Origin: Monocercomonoides exilis PA203
Taxonomy: Eukaryota > Protista > Preaxostyla
Assembly (NCBI GenBank): GCA_001643675.2
Contig: LSRY02000051.1
Location: 62,001 to 126,000, forward strand
DNA length: 64,000 nt
Reading direction: 5' to 3'
Numbering within the stretch: the first letter of the stretch is position 1; the number at the start of each line of letters is the position of its first letter. Of this stretch, positions 51,773 through 64,000 are shown piece by piece. Position numbers and translations under genes: made by a program. The notes beneath the pieces were generated by a model. It worked only from the letters and a program-made list of their open reading frames with translations, did no database searches and was not told where the DNA came from.

Positions 51773-54700
51773 AGGCCTTTGCGACAAGGAAAGTTTTTGC
51801 AAATTGTGTCGGTCGAAAAACTCAGCCTGTGTCGAATGTTTTTTTTTTTTTTTTTTTTTTTTAATGATTATTTATTTATTTTATTTGTTTAATTGCAAAT
51901 ATTTTTTTAAATATTCATTTTAATTTCTCTTGAATTTTTTCTTAATAAGTTATTGTTTTTAAATATTAATGAATATTTACAAACTTGCATTTTAGACGAA
52001 TCGCTTTGCCTTATTTTGAATGGAATCATCATTTAATATTCATTTTTCTTGAACGAGAAATAAAGTTTGTCTTTTTCAAGAACGTCTTTTCTCTGAAACG
52101 TCATCAAACTATTTTCATATCGTTACAAATTTTCGTTAACAATTCTGACATAAACTTTGGAAAATGAAACAATAATTCACAAAAATCACTTTCACAAAAC
52201 AAAATTCAAATTCAAATTCAAAAACAATAATTATATCTTTGAGTGAATTCGGATTCAGCTCAGTTTATTTGGAAAAAAAACGAAGGATTATACAGCAGTG
52301 CTGTGTTAATGCGTTTAGTGAAATCTGTTCCTGAACTTCCGATGCATTAAATGACCTATATGGGGACCAACAAATTGAAGGAATTTTGCTTTTGACAATG
52401 AAACTGTATTTGTTCGTGGCAAAGGCAATTGGAAGTTGATAGGAAATTGCTGGATTGATGAAAAAGGTTCGGCTTTTTTTTTTTATAAAGAAGACAGAAT
52501 TACATAGCTGGATTGCATTTGTTGCAGGAAAAGATGTTGGAGCGACAAACGGAAGTTATCACCTCAATGATTAATTCAAGATGAAAGCAAACGAAGCAAC
52601 AAAAGAGGTGAGCAGATAGGGGATCGAGTCACAAGGTGAGAAAAGAGCAGGACTATTGTATTGCCTGACGCGAAGAAGCGTTCCAGTTCAGCAGTTCAGC
52701 AGCTCAACTGCTTCAAACAGCATCAGATTGCACTTTGAAGTGCGGAGAGTCAGCAAAAGAAAAGATTTCTTGTGAAGATAGGGCACAGGAAGTGAAATTC
52801 GATGTAAAGAGACGGCAGTTGAAGGGGGCAGCGAGTGCGCACAGGAAGGAGGAGAATTCTGCGTGGCTTGACAAAACAAAGAAGATTTAGCATATTGGTG
52901 ATGAGAGGACTTTTTCGTGAAGCAGATGTTTTTTCACACCTCTGGTCTGTGCTTCCTATAGAGAACCTTCTTCAGCAAGGTTGTTTTCTCTGACGCATGC
53001 AGAAAAGGGAATTCCGAACAGAACAATTAATTCTCCTTTTCCCTTCAGTCGAATTCCGAGGCCTGTTAACATCAGTGATTGAGAGAATAACAAAAGCGGG
53101 AGGTGGCCATTCATAAAGCGTGTGAAGATGGCGTTTCGAGAGAAAAAATGAAGGCAGAAAGAGGCAGGTCGTTAAGCATCTTGTTCCTTTTTTGCATGGA
53201 AATTTGGATGTGCCTGTGTTCAGTGGAATCTATATTTGTTTTGAAGTCAGAGAAGATGAAAAAGATAAAGGAAGCGAGTCATATTGCAACATTGTGGATG
53301 AAAGCACAAATAATGATGCAGATGAAGCATATATAATTCTAAATGTGTTCAAAAGAACTTTTCCTTCCATCTGATGTTGCAAACAAGCAGCTGTCTGGGA
53401 TGTAAAAAAATTGAGGAGATGCACTTCATCAAATACAAAGAATTGAGTTCGTCAAGTTGGAAAGGCTCCTCTTTCTGCAGTATTCGTTTTCTTCAAACTG
53501 AAGAATGTTCTTGGCCTTTCCCGCTGAGCAATGGATCGCATTTGTTGTCTTCGTTCCCTTTCTCTCTTCATTTGCTTCATCTGCTTCCGATCCTTTGCTT
53601 TTGTTCGGTTTCCCATAAAAACTCATGAATCTTTATTTTCTTTTGTTCTGTCTATTTTTTATTTTCTTTCCTCACATCTTCTTTCTTCTCAAGATGCTTT
53701 CATCATGTGATTAAACATTTATTTTCCAACCGCCGTTTATGTTCCACATAACAATCACTCAGTTTGTCGATGGAATTGTTGGTTTTTATTAAGTTTTGAA
53801 TTATATTTCAGTTTTTATGTCCCTTGTGCCTGCGATGTGAGATGATGAAGAGAATATGCGCTTTGCAGCTCAGGTTTTCCGAATAAACATCCAACTGCAA
53901 GCGAGAGGGTTGGGGCAGAAGAAGAAAAAGGATGAATTGACTGTGAATAACCAACTGCATCCCGTCTAATCCTAAAGGAGAAGGAGCTTTCTGTCCTTTC
54001 TCATTCTGCTTGCACATCAGTTTTTGTGTATGCAGACTGTGCTCCCTCTGTGCCCCCTCTTGAGAGCTATAGTGTGCAATCAACGATTCCAAAATGATGC
54101 ACGCGGAAGCTACAAAACTTCGCAGAATCGATAGATGGGTTCATTTGTAACTCAATGTGGGACTTGAGCAGCAACTTAGGATCTTCACAGAAGTGCATTT
54201 TGCGCTGCCAGAGAAAGATGTATATTTTCTGTGCTTTGAACCGTAAGATCACATGCCTTTCCTTCTGGATATCTAACGCAGGATGAAAAATATGATGTTC
54301 ATCTCTCAAGGCTGCACCAGTGTAACAGTTGGTGATTAACACTATCCCATCGAAAACATTTCTAATAACCCTTCTCTCTCTCTTATCGATACACACATCG
54401 AATAGAAATCAAACACTGGAATACTTTATGAAACTCCCTTGCCTTTCCGCTGCGTTCCACACATTTATCACGCAGCTGGAGTTGATAACAATGAGCTTGT
54501 TAAAGACGGACATGTTGAAGATGGAGATGATAGGTGATTGATGGCTTTGTGCATTACTGTTGGAGAGATCGATGTCTCATCTCACGAACAGTTCCTTGCT
54601 TCAAGACACGGTCTTATTTTCTTTCTTCTTCAGCTTTTTCTCCATAACAATCAATCTCTTTCATCGCTTTGAAATTTTCTTTCTTTCTTTCTCTTTCTCT

Positions 54701-57170
54701 TTTCCTTTTCTATTTGCATTCATCTTAATGCCTTCTTCTACCTTTTCCAAAATAATATGCATTTGCAGTATTTGCATATATGTTTCTGCTTTTCTTTTCT
54801 GCATTCTTGTCTCCATCTTTCGATGCATTAACTGTTTTGTCTCTTTCGCCAATTGACTGCCTGATGCGTCCAACCACTTCCAGTGTGTAAATTGACCTTC
54901 TTTTCATAATGGGATTTCGAGAGGCTGTGATCAAACATTGTATCTTACCGTTCAACACTCCGAAGAGATGGCTTTTGAATGGAAGCTCATCGAATCGTCG
55001 ACTTCTATTCGATGGACTTTCAGACGAGGACAAGGAAGGCTTTTTGTGGAGGAAAGAAGAAAATGAAGGAGAAGAACGGTGAGTGAAAAGAAAGAAATGA
55101 TGGACGAGGTTCTGAATATGAGAAGCGAAGTTTGTTTCAAGCTGAATGCTTTAGAGAAAATGTTTAAATAAAAAAATTTGAAGTATATGAAGTATTTGAA
55201 GAAGAAGAAAAGGAAGAAGATAAAGATAAGGATGAAGATGAAGAAGCAGACAAACTATGAAAGACAGAAGTTGACACAGTTCAAGAAGCTGTCCTTTTTG
55301 CAGTCTTCTGCAGAGTCGTCTTCAGAACCTGTATCTGATGCTTAAACAAAATGCTTTCTGACTCTTTTGAAGTCATGCGTTTGTGCAAATGGAACATGAT
55401 GAGGCAGCTAATGAACTTTGCTTTGAAAAATAGTTGCGACTCACTATCTTTTGGAGGCTCTTTAGTCATTTCACTTGTGCAAATCCCAGGCTACGAAGAG
55501 AGAAGGGAAGGATTCACAATATCATTTAACAGCCACATGCGTATTGGCAGTGAAAAATGCGAATGGACAATCATCTTTGTGGTTTTAGCTAGCTCGACTG
55601 GATCAAAGATATTTTCATTCAAACCACAATAATCAATGTGACTATTTATCTGCTGCTCATCGCCTTTGCTCCCCAGTTAGTTCAGCAGCACCCCTTTCAC
55701 CTCCTGAATCAGCTGCATTATCTCGTTGTTTATCTTCAAGGAAAACAGAACCCTCCAAATTTTCAGATCAAACACCATCTTTTCATTCTTCCTAGTATTT
55801 GTCTTCTATAAAATAGCACAGCATTGCATGGCTTCCACAAATTGAGAGAAATGAGATACTTGGAATGAAGCCCGTATCTCTGCTCCTTTTGTGAGGCATT
55901 CAGCAGAGTGATAATTGCACAGATACGCAGATTGATAAGCCTCAGATCCGAATTTCTCTTGTTTCAATCCTGAGCTAATAAATAAATAAATAGAGAAGAA
56001 GAAGAAAATTGAGCAATTCATACTGAATGAAACAAGGTCTGGCTTCTTTTCACTGGTAGCCTTTTTTGTGATCCGTCTTCACATCTTCGTGTATAAAACC
56101 ATTTCAATAAGCGTGTGAAAGGTTCTATGTCAAATTGTTTTCATGTTCCCTTTTGAAAAAATCCACATCCCGCGGTTATATCCCATTGAATTTAAAGCAT
56201 TTCAAAGCATCTATTAAATGTTTTAAAGACATCAAACGAATGATTACTATGATTAAAATGCTCAACTGAACTACTATTCTTCTTTTGACTTTAAATGACA
56301 AAGTATTTTCATCTTCATTCTTCAAATTCTCAGTAAATTCTTTTTCTTTTTCTTTCTTCCGGATAATTTTTAGAATTGTAACTATCTTCATATATTCGAT
56401 TCTTCTTGCAATTTCCATTTGAATGAGTCTCTTTTCCTTTTGCATTCGTAATTAAATTATTCAAATTATAACAATTAATATCAAAATATCTTCACAAGCA
56501 TAGATAATTTGTCAAATCTCAATGTCCTGCCATTCGCATTCAAATTTAAAAGCAAAGTGATTAGTTAAACCTTCCACATATCTTTTCCAGCGGTTTCCAG
56601 GAGTATTGTGTTTTAAACAAAATTAAAAAAACATAATTATGGATTTCAATTCAGTTCTTTTTTATTGATAGCAAATTTTTGAACATTAATATACATAAAC
56701 AGAAAAATGTAAAACAAAATGTTTCATAAAACGATGAAAATATCGAAAAATATATCAAAAACTCAAATTCTATCTCCGTCTTATTTAAATGCTTATTCAT
56801 AATTATTTTCTTTGAATAGAATAAATAAAAAACAATTTTTGAAAGAAAAAACGATTACAAAATAGAATATTCGTTCGACAGATTGATCTTTTCGACCGAC
56901 TGATCTTTGTCGTTAGACTGATCTCTACAAAGATCTGTCGATAACTTATTGAAATTTTTAAATACCAATAAATTAAATATTTGTTTGTCCGAATCAAGTG
57001 GAATTTTTTTTTTTTATTTAATTTATTAAAAATATAATTTTATGTAAACAAAAAAGCAATTTTTTTAAATGTTTTGTTTTTTCGTTTATAAAAAAATAAA
57101 ATACAAGCCGACTGTAATGTCGGTCGACTTGTCGAGCTGATGAAAAAATGTCGGTCTGTCGCAAAGGCCT
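51773..57170. mobile_element. 5.4-kb non-autonomous DNA transposon (short TIR, long TSD; MULE-like) enclosing decayed cargo
   Basis: The TIR is aggcctttgcgaca / tgtcgcaaaggcct. The TSD ACATAAAGTT lies at 51763-51772 and 57171-57180, and extends to 12 bp (TACATAAAGTTA) if the ends are GGCC. GTCG/CGAC motif clusters sit at both subtermini. Confidence 0.88.
52500..55100 (-). pseudogene. Highly decayed DIRS-like (tyrosine-recombinase retrotransposon) RT region
   Basis: Minus-strand fragments occur in DIRS pol order: VVGRIRQ (cf. VGGRL), SGKAREFHKVFQCL (cf. GKWRKILDCR) and LRDEHHIF..ILRF..Y (cf. D.KDAYHHI..YL.F). The sequence is heavily mutated and the assignment is by eye. Confidence 0.4.
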
Positions 57171-57433
57171 ACATAAAGTTATAAATTTCGTTCTTAATTT
57201 GCAACAAAAAATTATATTTTTCATTCAAATATATAAAATTTTATCCATATGACTTTGAAAATGATCAAAAACAATTGTCCTGGAAATGAAATCACTCAAA
57301 AAATTCACTGTATAATATAACAAAGTTTAGATATTGTACATAAAAAATATTTCCTTGATTTAATTTTTTATTAAATAGTTATTAATCAATAATTGATCTT
57401 AAATAATCTCAAATTTGAAAATTTTTTGTAAAA

Positions 57434-60346
57434 ATGTCCTTAAAAGAAATAAGAAGAATACTCCAAAGAATTTTGATTCTATTCTCATTTGTATTACAAT
57501 TTCAACAAGGAGAAGAAATTTATGTGACGAACGGAGGAAATGGAGATTGATCAATTTCAAATCCATGTGGAACACTAACAGAAGCCAAGAATTTATTAGC
57601 AGAATCGACAAGCACTTCAGCTTTGACAATCAAAATAATAAAAGAAGGAACTGTGGGAAATGAGCTTTCAGCGGAAGCTATTACATTCTCAATGAACTCA
57701 GAAATTACGATAGAAGGAATCGACAGTGCAGAAGAAAGCACGAAAGTGGAGATCGACTGCGGCGCAGCTTCTGGAGGAGATCTGTTTACGTGCGAGAAAA
57801 GGGTGACATTGAAGTATTTGGTGTTTAGCTTCCCAGCAACATCTGGGTCAGGAACAAGTGGATCTAGAGCAAATGTGGCTTCATCTGCGCTGATAAATGC
57901 TAATACGGGATCAGTTTCTCTAACAATTGAGACTTGCGAGTTTAAGCGGCCTGGCTCTGGGAACAATATTGGAATCCATCTTGTGAAAGTGAGTGCAGGT
58001 TCATTGAGGATGACAGGAGTTGATTGCACTGATAATACAAACAGTGTTTCATTTTCAACAACACCGTTTTTGGTTGAGGGAACAACATCAACGGTAACAT
58101 TGACCGGATTGAATCTGAAGAAGATTACATCGAGTGCAAGTGCTGTGGTGAAAATGACATCAGATGCGATAACAGTGACACTGGATGGCTGTACATTCAC
58201 AGAATGCAATTCAAATGGTGAAACAAGTGGAGCATTGCATGTGGAAAGCGGCGGAACAGGTAGCACATTTAAGATTGGAGATACAGACAAAACGACATTT
58301 ACTTCGTGCACTTGTACCAATGGGAAATCAGGTGGGATATATCTGAAAATGACAGGAATTGCAAGTGAGAAACAATTGAGCTGGGGCACTGGTGTAAAAT
58401 TGGAGTTTAGTGAGTGCAATGCAGCAGGATCAAAGATTACAGGCTTGTATCTTGATGTGCCAGTAGGTCTTCATGAGAATATTGCAAAAGCAATGAAATC
58501 AAGTTTTGCTAAGAACTATGTTAGAGGAACCTATGATTGGTATGTTGCAGTGAAAGGAGCCGATGGAAGTGCTGATGCTGTTGATTTCATCACAGAGTAT
58601 TTTGATCCAGAGTAACCACCAAAACCACCCACTCCAATTTCAATTGTTTATGTAAAGTATAATGCTGAAAGCTCTGGTTTAACATTCAATGAACCAATTG
58701 GAAGTTTAATGAGTGCATACAATTTATTCTCTTTCTCATCAAGTTTGAAGATGTATTCGATGAGAATAATTGCTAAAGATGATATGATAAAGGCTGAAAC
58801 AATATCTTTTGAGAGAAGTGAACAATTGACAATTGAAGGAATTATTAATGCTGAAGGAAAGAATGAAATTGCAAAGATGGATTGCAAGATTAATTCAGGA
58901 AGTGATTTATTCACATGCAAAAAGAGTGTCACTTTCAAATACCTTTCATTTGCCTTTCCATTGTCATTGAAACCAAATGGAAAGAGTCAGTTCAATGAAG
59001 TGACAGATTCACTTGCGTTAATTGTTTCAGAAGGAGGAGATTCAAAACTCACAATAAACAATTGCGTATTTGTTCGACCGAAAGTGCAAGCAAATGAGGG
59101 AGAGAACATTGCAGACATTCATCTTGTGAAGGTGAAGGCAGGAGATGTGAGTTTGGAAACAGTGAGCTGTGTTGATGGGGGTAACAAAGCGACATTCCAA
59201 AAGCTTCTGATAGATATAGAAGGAGCGAAAGGAGTGACGCTGAAGGGAGTGAAGGTGAGCAATGTTGAAGTTGAAGATGGGGCAGCGATCGGAATTGTAG
59301 ATGGAAGTGAAGAGGCGTCGAGTGTGGTAATTGATGGGCTGAGCATGGAAAGTGTTGAATCGAAGAATTCAGAAACCGCAGGGCTGATGATCAAGATGAC
59401 ATCAGAATCGTCATCAGTGGAGTTGGGAAGAGAAGAGAAATTCTCGTTCAAATCATGCAAATCACCACAAGGAAAGTCAGGGGCTGTGTTCATTGAGATG
59501 AAAAATTCAGTTACGAATCTGAAACTTCCAGCAGAGGGCAAGCTGGATATTGATGGGACGAACACTGGGAGTGGATCGAAATCCACATCACTGTGCATTG
59601 TTGCTCCAGACTTTGAGGAGTTCAGCAAGCAGGATGGGGCGTTTGAGTTTGCGAAGGATTACAAAGATGAAAACTCTGGGTGGATTGTGGGAGCCAAGGA
59701 TGACAAATCGAAACCTGTTGATATCTATGAAAAGTTCCTGAAAAAAGATAATCCTGCTGTTGATCCCGAACCAGCTCCACTTGAAAAAACAGACAATAAA
59801 AAAGCAAACGGTGGAGTGATTACAATTGCAATTGTTGTACCGATTGTATTTGTTGCTATAGCAGTAGCAGTCGTGATTGCTGACTTAGTTTATGTCCGAA
59901 AAAGAAGATCAAATTATGGTAATGAAACCGATGATCAATCGACAATTGGACCTGGAATTCGTCTATTTTCGAAAGACAAAAATGATAACGAAGTCGAAAT
60001 GGTTGCTTATCCAAAGAATAGCAGACAAAGTGAGATTAACTTACTCTCGAACACTGAAAGTAATAATCAGTTCGAATCTACAGACCATTTGAACGATGAA
60101 AACTCCGAAAAAGAGATTAAAGAAGCTGAAACAAATATTGAGGAAAGCGTTCAAAATGTTAACATTATCAATGATTCAACAGATCTTGATAATCGTTTAG
60201 TTTCTGAAGCATCAACCGATGTTTCAGAAAAACACGATGCGCAAACAACGACCTTGGAAAATGAAGGACACAACGAACAAGGCGAACCTCATATTGATAT
60301 AAGTTCTGAGGAACAAAATAATAATAATGAGGAAGCTCGTTTGTAA
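57434..60346 (+). pseudogene. Type I surface protein (signal peptide, two tandem ~330-aa beta-helix-like modules, TM, acidic tail) with two in-frame stops
   Basis: A single frame from ATG 57434 to TAA 60346 is broken only by TGA 57548-57550 and TAA 58613-58615. The internal repeat is AEAITF..TIEG..DC..GGDLFTCEKRVTLKYL vs AETISF..TIEG..DC..GSDLFTCKKSVTFKYL. The TM segment is VITIAIVVPIVFVAIAVAVVI. Confidence 0.8.
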
Positions 60347-61529
60347 AAAAGTCAATCTGTAAAGTGTTTTGCTTTGCTTTGTCATAGGACAAGTCCAACT
60401 GAAGCCTTTTTCTTTCATTTTCCTTTATTGAAAATTTTTTTTTATAAATTTTAACTTATAAGTGAAGTTTACGTAATTTATTTTGAAAAAAGTTTTGAGC
60501 AGAAATATTTTGACAAAAATATTTTCGCCGTTTTATCCATTTTTTGAAAATGGAAGTTTAACCCTATTCATTCATATAAAGTTATATCTTATATATGCAC
60601 GTTTTGCGCATGTACAATTACAACAATATTTATGCATATTTTTTTTTTCCATTCTGAACATTTGTGAAATTGCATTTAGCAATTCACTGTCTACATGCAT
60701 TGCATATGTAGTATCTTAATTTTTTTAATTGTTATGTATTTTTTATTTTTCTATTATTATCGGTATAATATTTATTTCTGAGAATATTTTATTTGTGAAA
60801 TTATCACAACGTTATACCACAGATTTGATAAATAAATATCAAATTATTTTAAGCAAAATATGCTTTTTTCTTTTTCTTATTTTTTTCGAAGAAATTTTTA
60901 AACTTTTAGAATAATCAACAGTTTTTTAAATTCGTGTATGAGAAAGCTGAGAAATCAATAAACAATTTAAGTTACATTTCCATTCATCAACAAAGTATTG
61001 AGTCTATGGAACAGAATCATTAAGAAGTCAAATCAACTTTCTTTGGTTTGCATCATTCGCAAATTCTTTTATTTTAAGCTTGGTTGTTTCATCTGAATGT
61101 GAAACAAGTGCTCTTGTGAAAAGAGTTTTTAGCCAATGCCGGAAATTCATTGCTCACTAAATGATTACCATCGTTAAAAAACCCGGGAATTTTTCAAAAA
61201 CCCGGACTTCATGAAAAAACAGTTCACGATTATCACGTCAAAAAGCATTTTCAATAATTGAATTATTTCTCGTTGAATATTATTATTAATGAAATATCAA
61301 AAAAACAAATCACATTTAATTGCTATTGAATATACATCGTCAAAAAAATTCTATTTTGAAATATATTTATTTCTCAAAAAGAAAAAAAAATAAGCATTCT
61401 CCAATTGTCATATTTTTCATTTTCACAATTTTTTGACACTTTGATGATTCCTTTTTAAGAAGCCTAAACTAAAAATCATAATTAATACTCACTTTCATAA
61501 AAAATTGATCAAAAATCAAACCCATATTA

Positions 61530-63397
61530 ATGGCTATTACAAAAGAATTGTCGTTACCAGAACAAAGGAAAAAGTTGGCAACCTCCGAAATAAGAAGGTT
61601 AAAAACAACATCCCAAAAAATATTTGAACTGCGTAAGGATCATATAATAACAAGAAAAGTGGCTGTTGATTCTGGCACAATATCAAATGGCTCATGGTAC
61701 AGAGGAATAGCGGCAGAGAAGCAGAAAAGGCAGGCGGGAGTCAACGGAAGACCTCCGATAATTACGCCAGATTTAATAGAAAAAATCGAAAACCAAGTTA
61801 TTGTTCATCTCTCAAAAGGTGAAACAATAAGAGTTAAAGACGTGCACAAAATGGTTTATGTTTAATTTTTATTATAAAAATTAATTTTTTTAAATATTTT
61901 TAGATTGTGGAGCATTTGGAACAATTCTCAAAAGACGAAGAAGCGAAAAAAATACCAAGTTTAACAGCCGCATACTATGTTATTCAAAAAAGTTCTATAT
62001 TGAAGTCAGCTGTTTCAAAGCAATTGGACACTGCAAAAATATCTTCCCAATCTTCTGATTCCGTCAGAAAGTGGTTTGATGAACTTCCGCAGATTGTGAA
62101 TGAGAAAGAAATAGTCCCATCAGGTATCTTAAATTTTGATGAAACTTCACTTCATCTGGGTGAGGATTCTTGCAAACTTGTGGTATGTCTGCAAAACCAG
62201 AAACCTCCTTCGACTCCTTTTCCGAAAAAGACTTCTAATACAACATTGTGCTTATGTGCCTGCGCAGATGGCTCATGTTTGTCATCTTTTCTTCTTTGGC
62301 CTGCGAAAAAAATTCCAGTGGAATTTCGTATGCTTTCATCGTTCAACATAAATTATATCTTCGCATCTTCAGGATGGATCACTTCAAAAATCTTCGAAAA
62401 AATTATGCTTGATTATTGGCTTGATAATATTGAAAAAAAGATGAAAGATGGAGGAATGAAATTTGCATTGTTCCTGATGGACAACCATTCTTCCCACAAC
62501 AGTGAAGCTGTTGAAATGGTTGCAAAAAAGAAAAACATCATCAGAAAAAAGTTTCCACCGAATTTTACTCATCTTCTACAACCGTGCGATAATTCAATTT
62601 TTGCACGATTCAAGAAAACAATGGGTGATTCTTTTTGAAAAGTCACAAATCTTTAATTTTCAAATAAATCAAAAATTTCATATTTTGCTCAAATTTCTGT
62701 TTCAGCTCACAAATCTCCTCAAGAATGAATGAAATTGTATTATCAAGATTTTGATTCCGTTTATGTTAAATTTGATATTTGTTAACAATATATTTTGCCA
62801 AATATGATATTTTTAATTTATTTGAAAATTAAACATTTGTGACTTTTCAAAAAGAATCACCCATAAAATAATAGCTTCAAAGCTCCAACTGATCATTCTT
62901 CTGCAGCGTTTCGCTCAGCCATCTTCGATATTCTTCCAGAAGCTCTTTCTGCTGTGGTCGCACCTTCAAATATTAAGCATGCATTCAGGCAGACGGGCGT
63001 TTGGCCGGTCAAAGCTACTCCGGTTCTTGAAAGAATAAGTGGAACACCTGAAAAGGAAGCATCATTGAATGACAATGAGAATAAAGAGCAGCTGTTTGGT
63101 AAATTTTCTCCAAAGAAAAAGAAAATTGAAGATGAAAAAAAAAGATATTGTGAAAATGAATCTATTCAAAAGATGAAAGAAAACAACTGTGCTTCCATTC
63201 TTCGAAAAGAAAAAAAGAAACAATCGAGAGAAGATTTATTGGATTTGAAAAGAAAAGAAAAGAAAGAAGAGAAAATGGAGAAAAGAAAAGAAAACAGTTG
63301 CAGGAGAAATAGCTACAAAATGAAATGGAAAAGAAAATGCATGAGGATTGATTATGACGACGACGCATATAATCAAAGAAAGATATCGAAGATATAA
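61530..63397 (+). pseudogene. pogo/CENP-B-like DDE_1 transposase, one intron, disrupted
   Basis: Exon 1 (61530-61853) encodes the HTH and GRPP, followed by a 50-nt intron at 61854-61903. The triad is NFDET / MDNH / QPCD with 35 residues between the last two D. The C-terminal IKHAFRQTGVWP lies after the MITE. Confidence 0.92.
62623..62862. mobile_element. GGGTGA-TIR MITE (240 bp) inserted in the pogo transposase
   Basis: A perfect 28-bp TIR gggtgattctttttgaaaagtcacaaat is flanked by AT on both sides. Confidence 0.93.
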
Positions 63398-64000
63398 CGA
63401 AAATTCTTCAGACAATTGTTCATTGGTTTGAACGACAAACAATTGCAACTCAATCAAATCCTTGAAAAGTGCATTTATCATGAAGAATATATTTTTTTAT
63501 TCGTTATTCATATAACAATTGTTTTCTCATTTCAGAAAAGTCCAACAAAATAGAAATAATTGAAGTTTATTAATTCGTATTAATGTTTGAGGCATAGAGT
63601 TTTGAATATAAGCAATTTTATTTGCGAACAAACACAAGTGGCATGGAAATATAAGAAACAAACAACAAATTCTAACTTTCAATTATACAAAGCCAAAAAG
63701 CAGTTAGAATTTCTTCTATGATTAAAACATATAACTCAATAAATATTGAAAGAACAGATATGATTTCAATTGATGTATGAATCATACCTGCTTTTATATT
63801 AGTTTGTATTGCGGAAATCATAGAGGAATACTTGTTTTGAATAAGTTTGAATGCAAATTTAAAAAAAGGCTTCTCCGGGTTTTTGAAAAATTCCCGGGTT
63901 TTTTAACGATGGTACACAAGATTTTTTGATCCTTATTTTATAAACATTACATATTTAGCAAAGCTAATGTGCTTTAACATTCAAACAAATTAAACATTAT

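Larger units (their letters stand above)
61168..63912 (+). mobile_element. pogo-superfamily (DD35D) DNA transposon, full length, interrupted by a MITE
   Basis: Perfect 39-bp TIRs (61168-61206, 63874-63912) each contain two AAAAACCCGG units. A TA TSD is present on both sides. Confidence 0.95.

Noticed and set aside
57548-58615. Alternative genetic code (TAA/TAG=Gln) or selenocysteine at the in-frame stops
   Set aside because: SUMO ends in TAA after GGC, and exons of more than 2000 codons contain no TAA/TAG. The gene has both a TGA and a TAA, so point mutations are the simpler explanation.
62623-62874. MITE acting as a spliceable intron (Introner-like) in the transposase
   Set aside because: GT at 62625 paired with AG at 62854 or 62874 does not restore the reading frame.
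1-64000. tRNA, rRNA or prokaryotic operons
   Set aside because: None recognised by eye. A covariance-model scan would be needed to exclude small ncRNAs.

Overview
AT-rich, intron-containing eukaryotic DNA using the standard genetic code. The short GTTTGT/GTATGC..YAG introns, poly-Ser-inflated proteins and recognisable expanded gene families suggest an oxymonad such as Monocercomonoides (inference). Host genes are an EF-hand/WD40 (WDR49/EFCAB8-like) protein, a small type I membrane protein, PSMD9/Nas2, SUMO, a ~4000-aa FYVE-like/ARM protein, CK2 beta, one member of an expanded family, and two membrane-protein pseudogenes. Intergenic space is filled with nested DNA transposons defined by terminal inverted repeats (TIRs) and target-site duplications (TSDs): a near-complete DD35D pogo element broken by a MITE, Merlin and hAT relics, and several MITEs. 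The most notable observation is three unrelated non-autonomous elements with clean ends that enclose already-decayed cargo. 6319-10106 (356-bp TIRs, 8-bp TSD) carries a host surface-protein gene fragment, 25848-30728 carries a CRE-like RT relic, and 51773-57170 carries a DIRS-like relic. This looks like Pack-type transduplication in a metamonad. All motif calls were made by eye and no searches were run.
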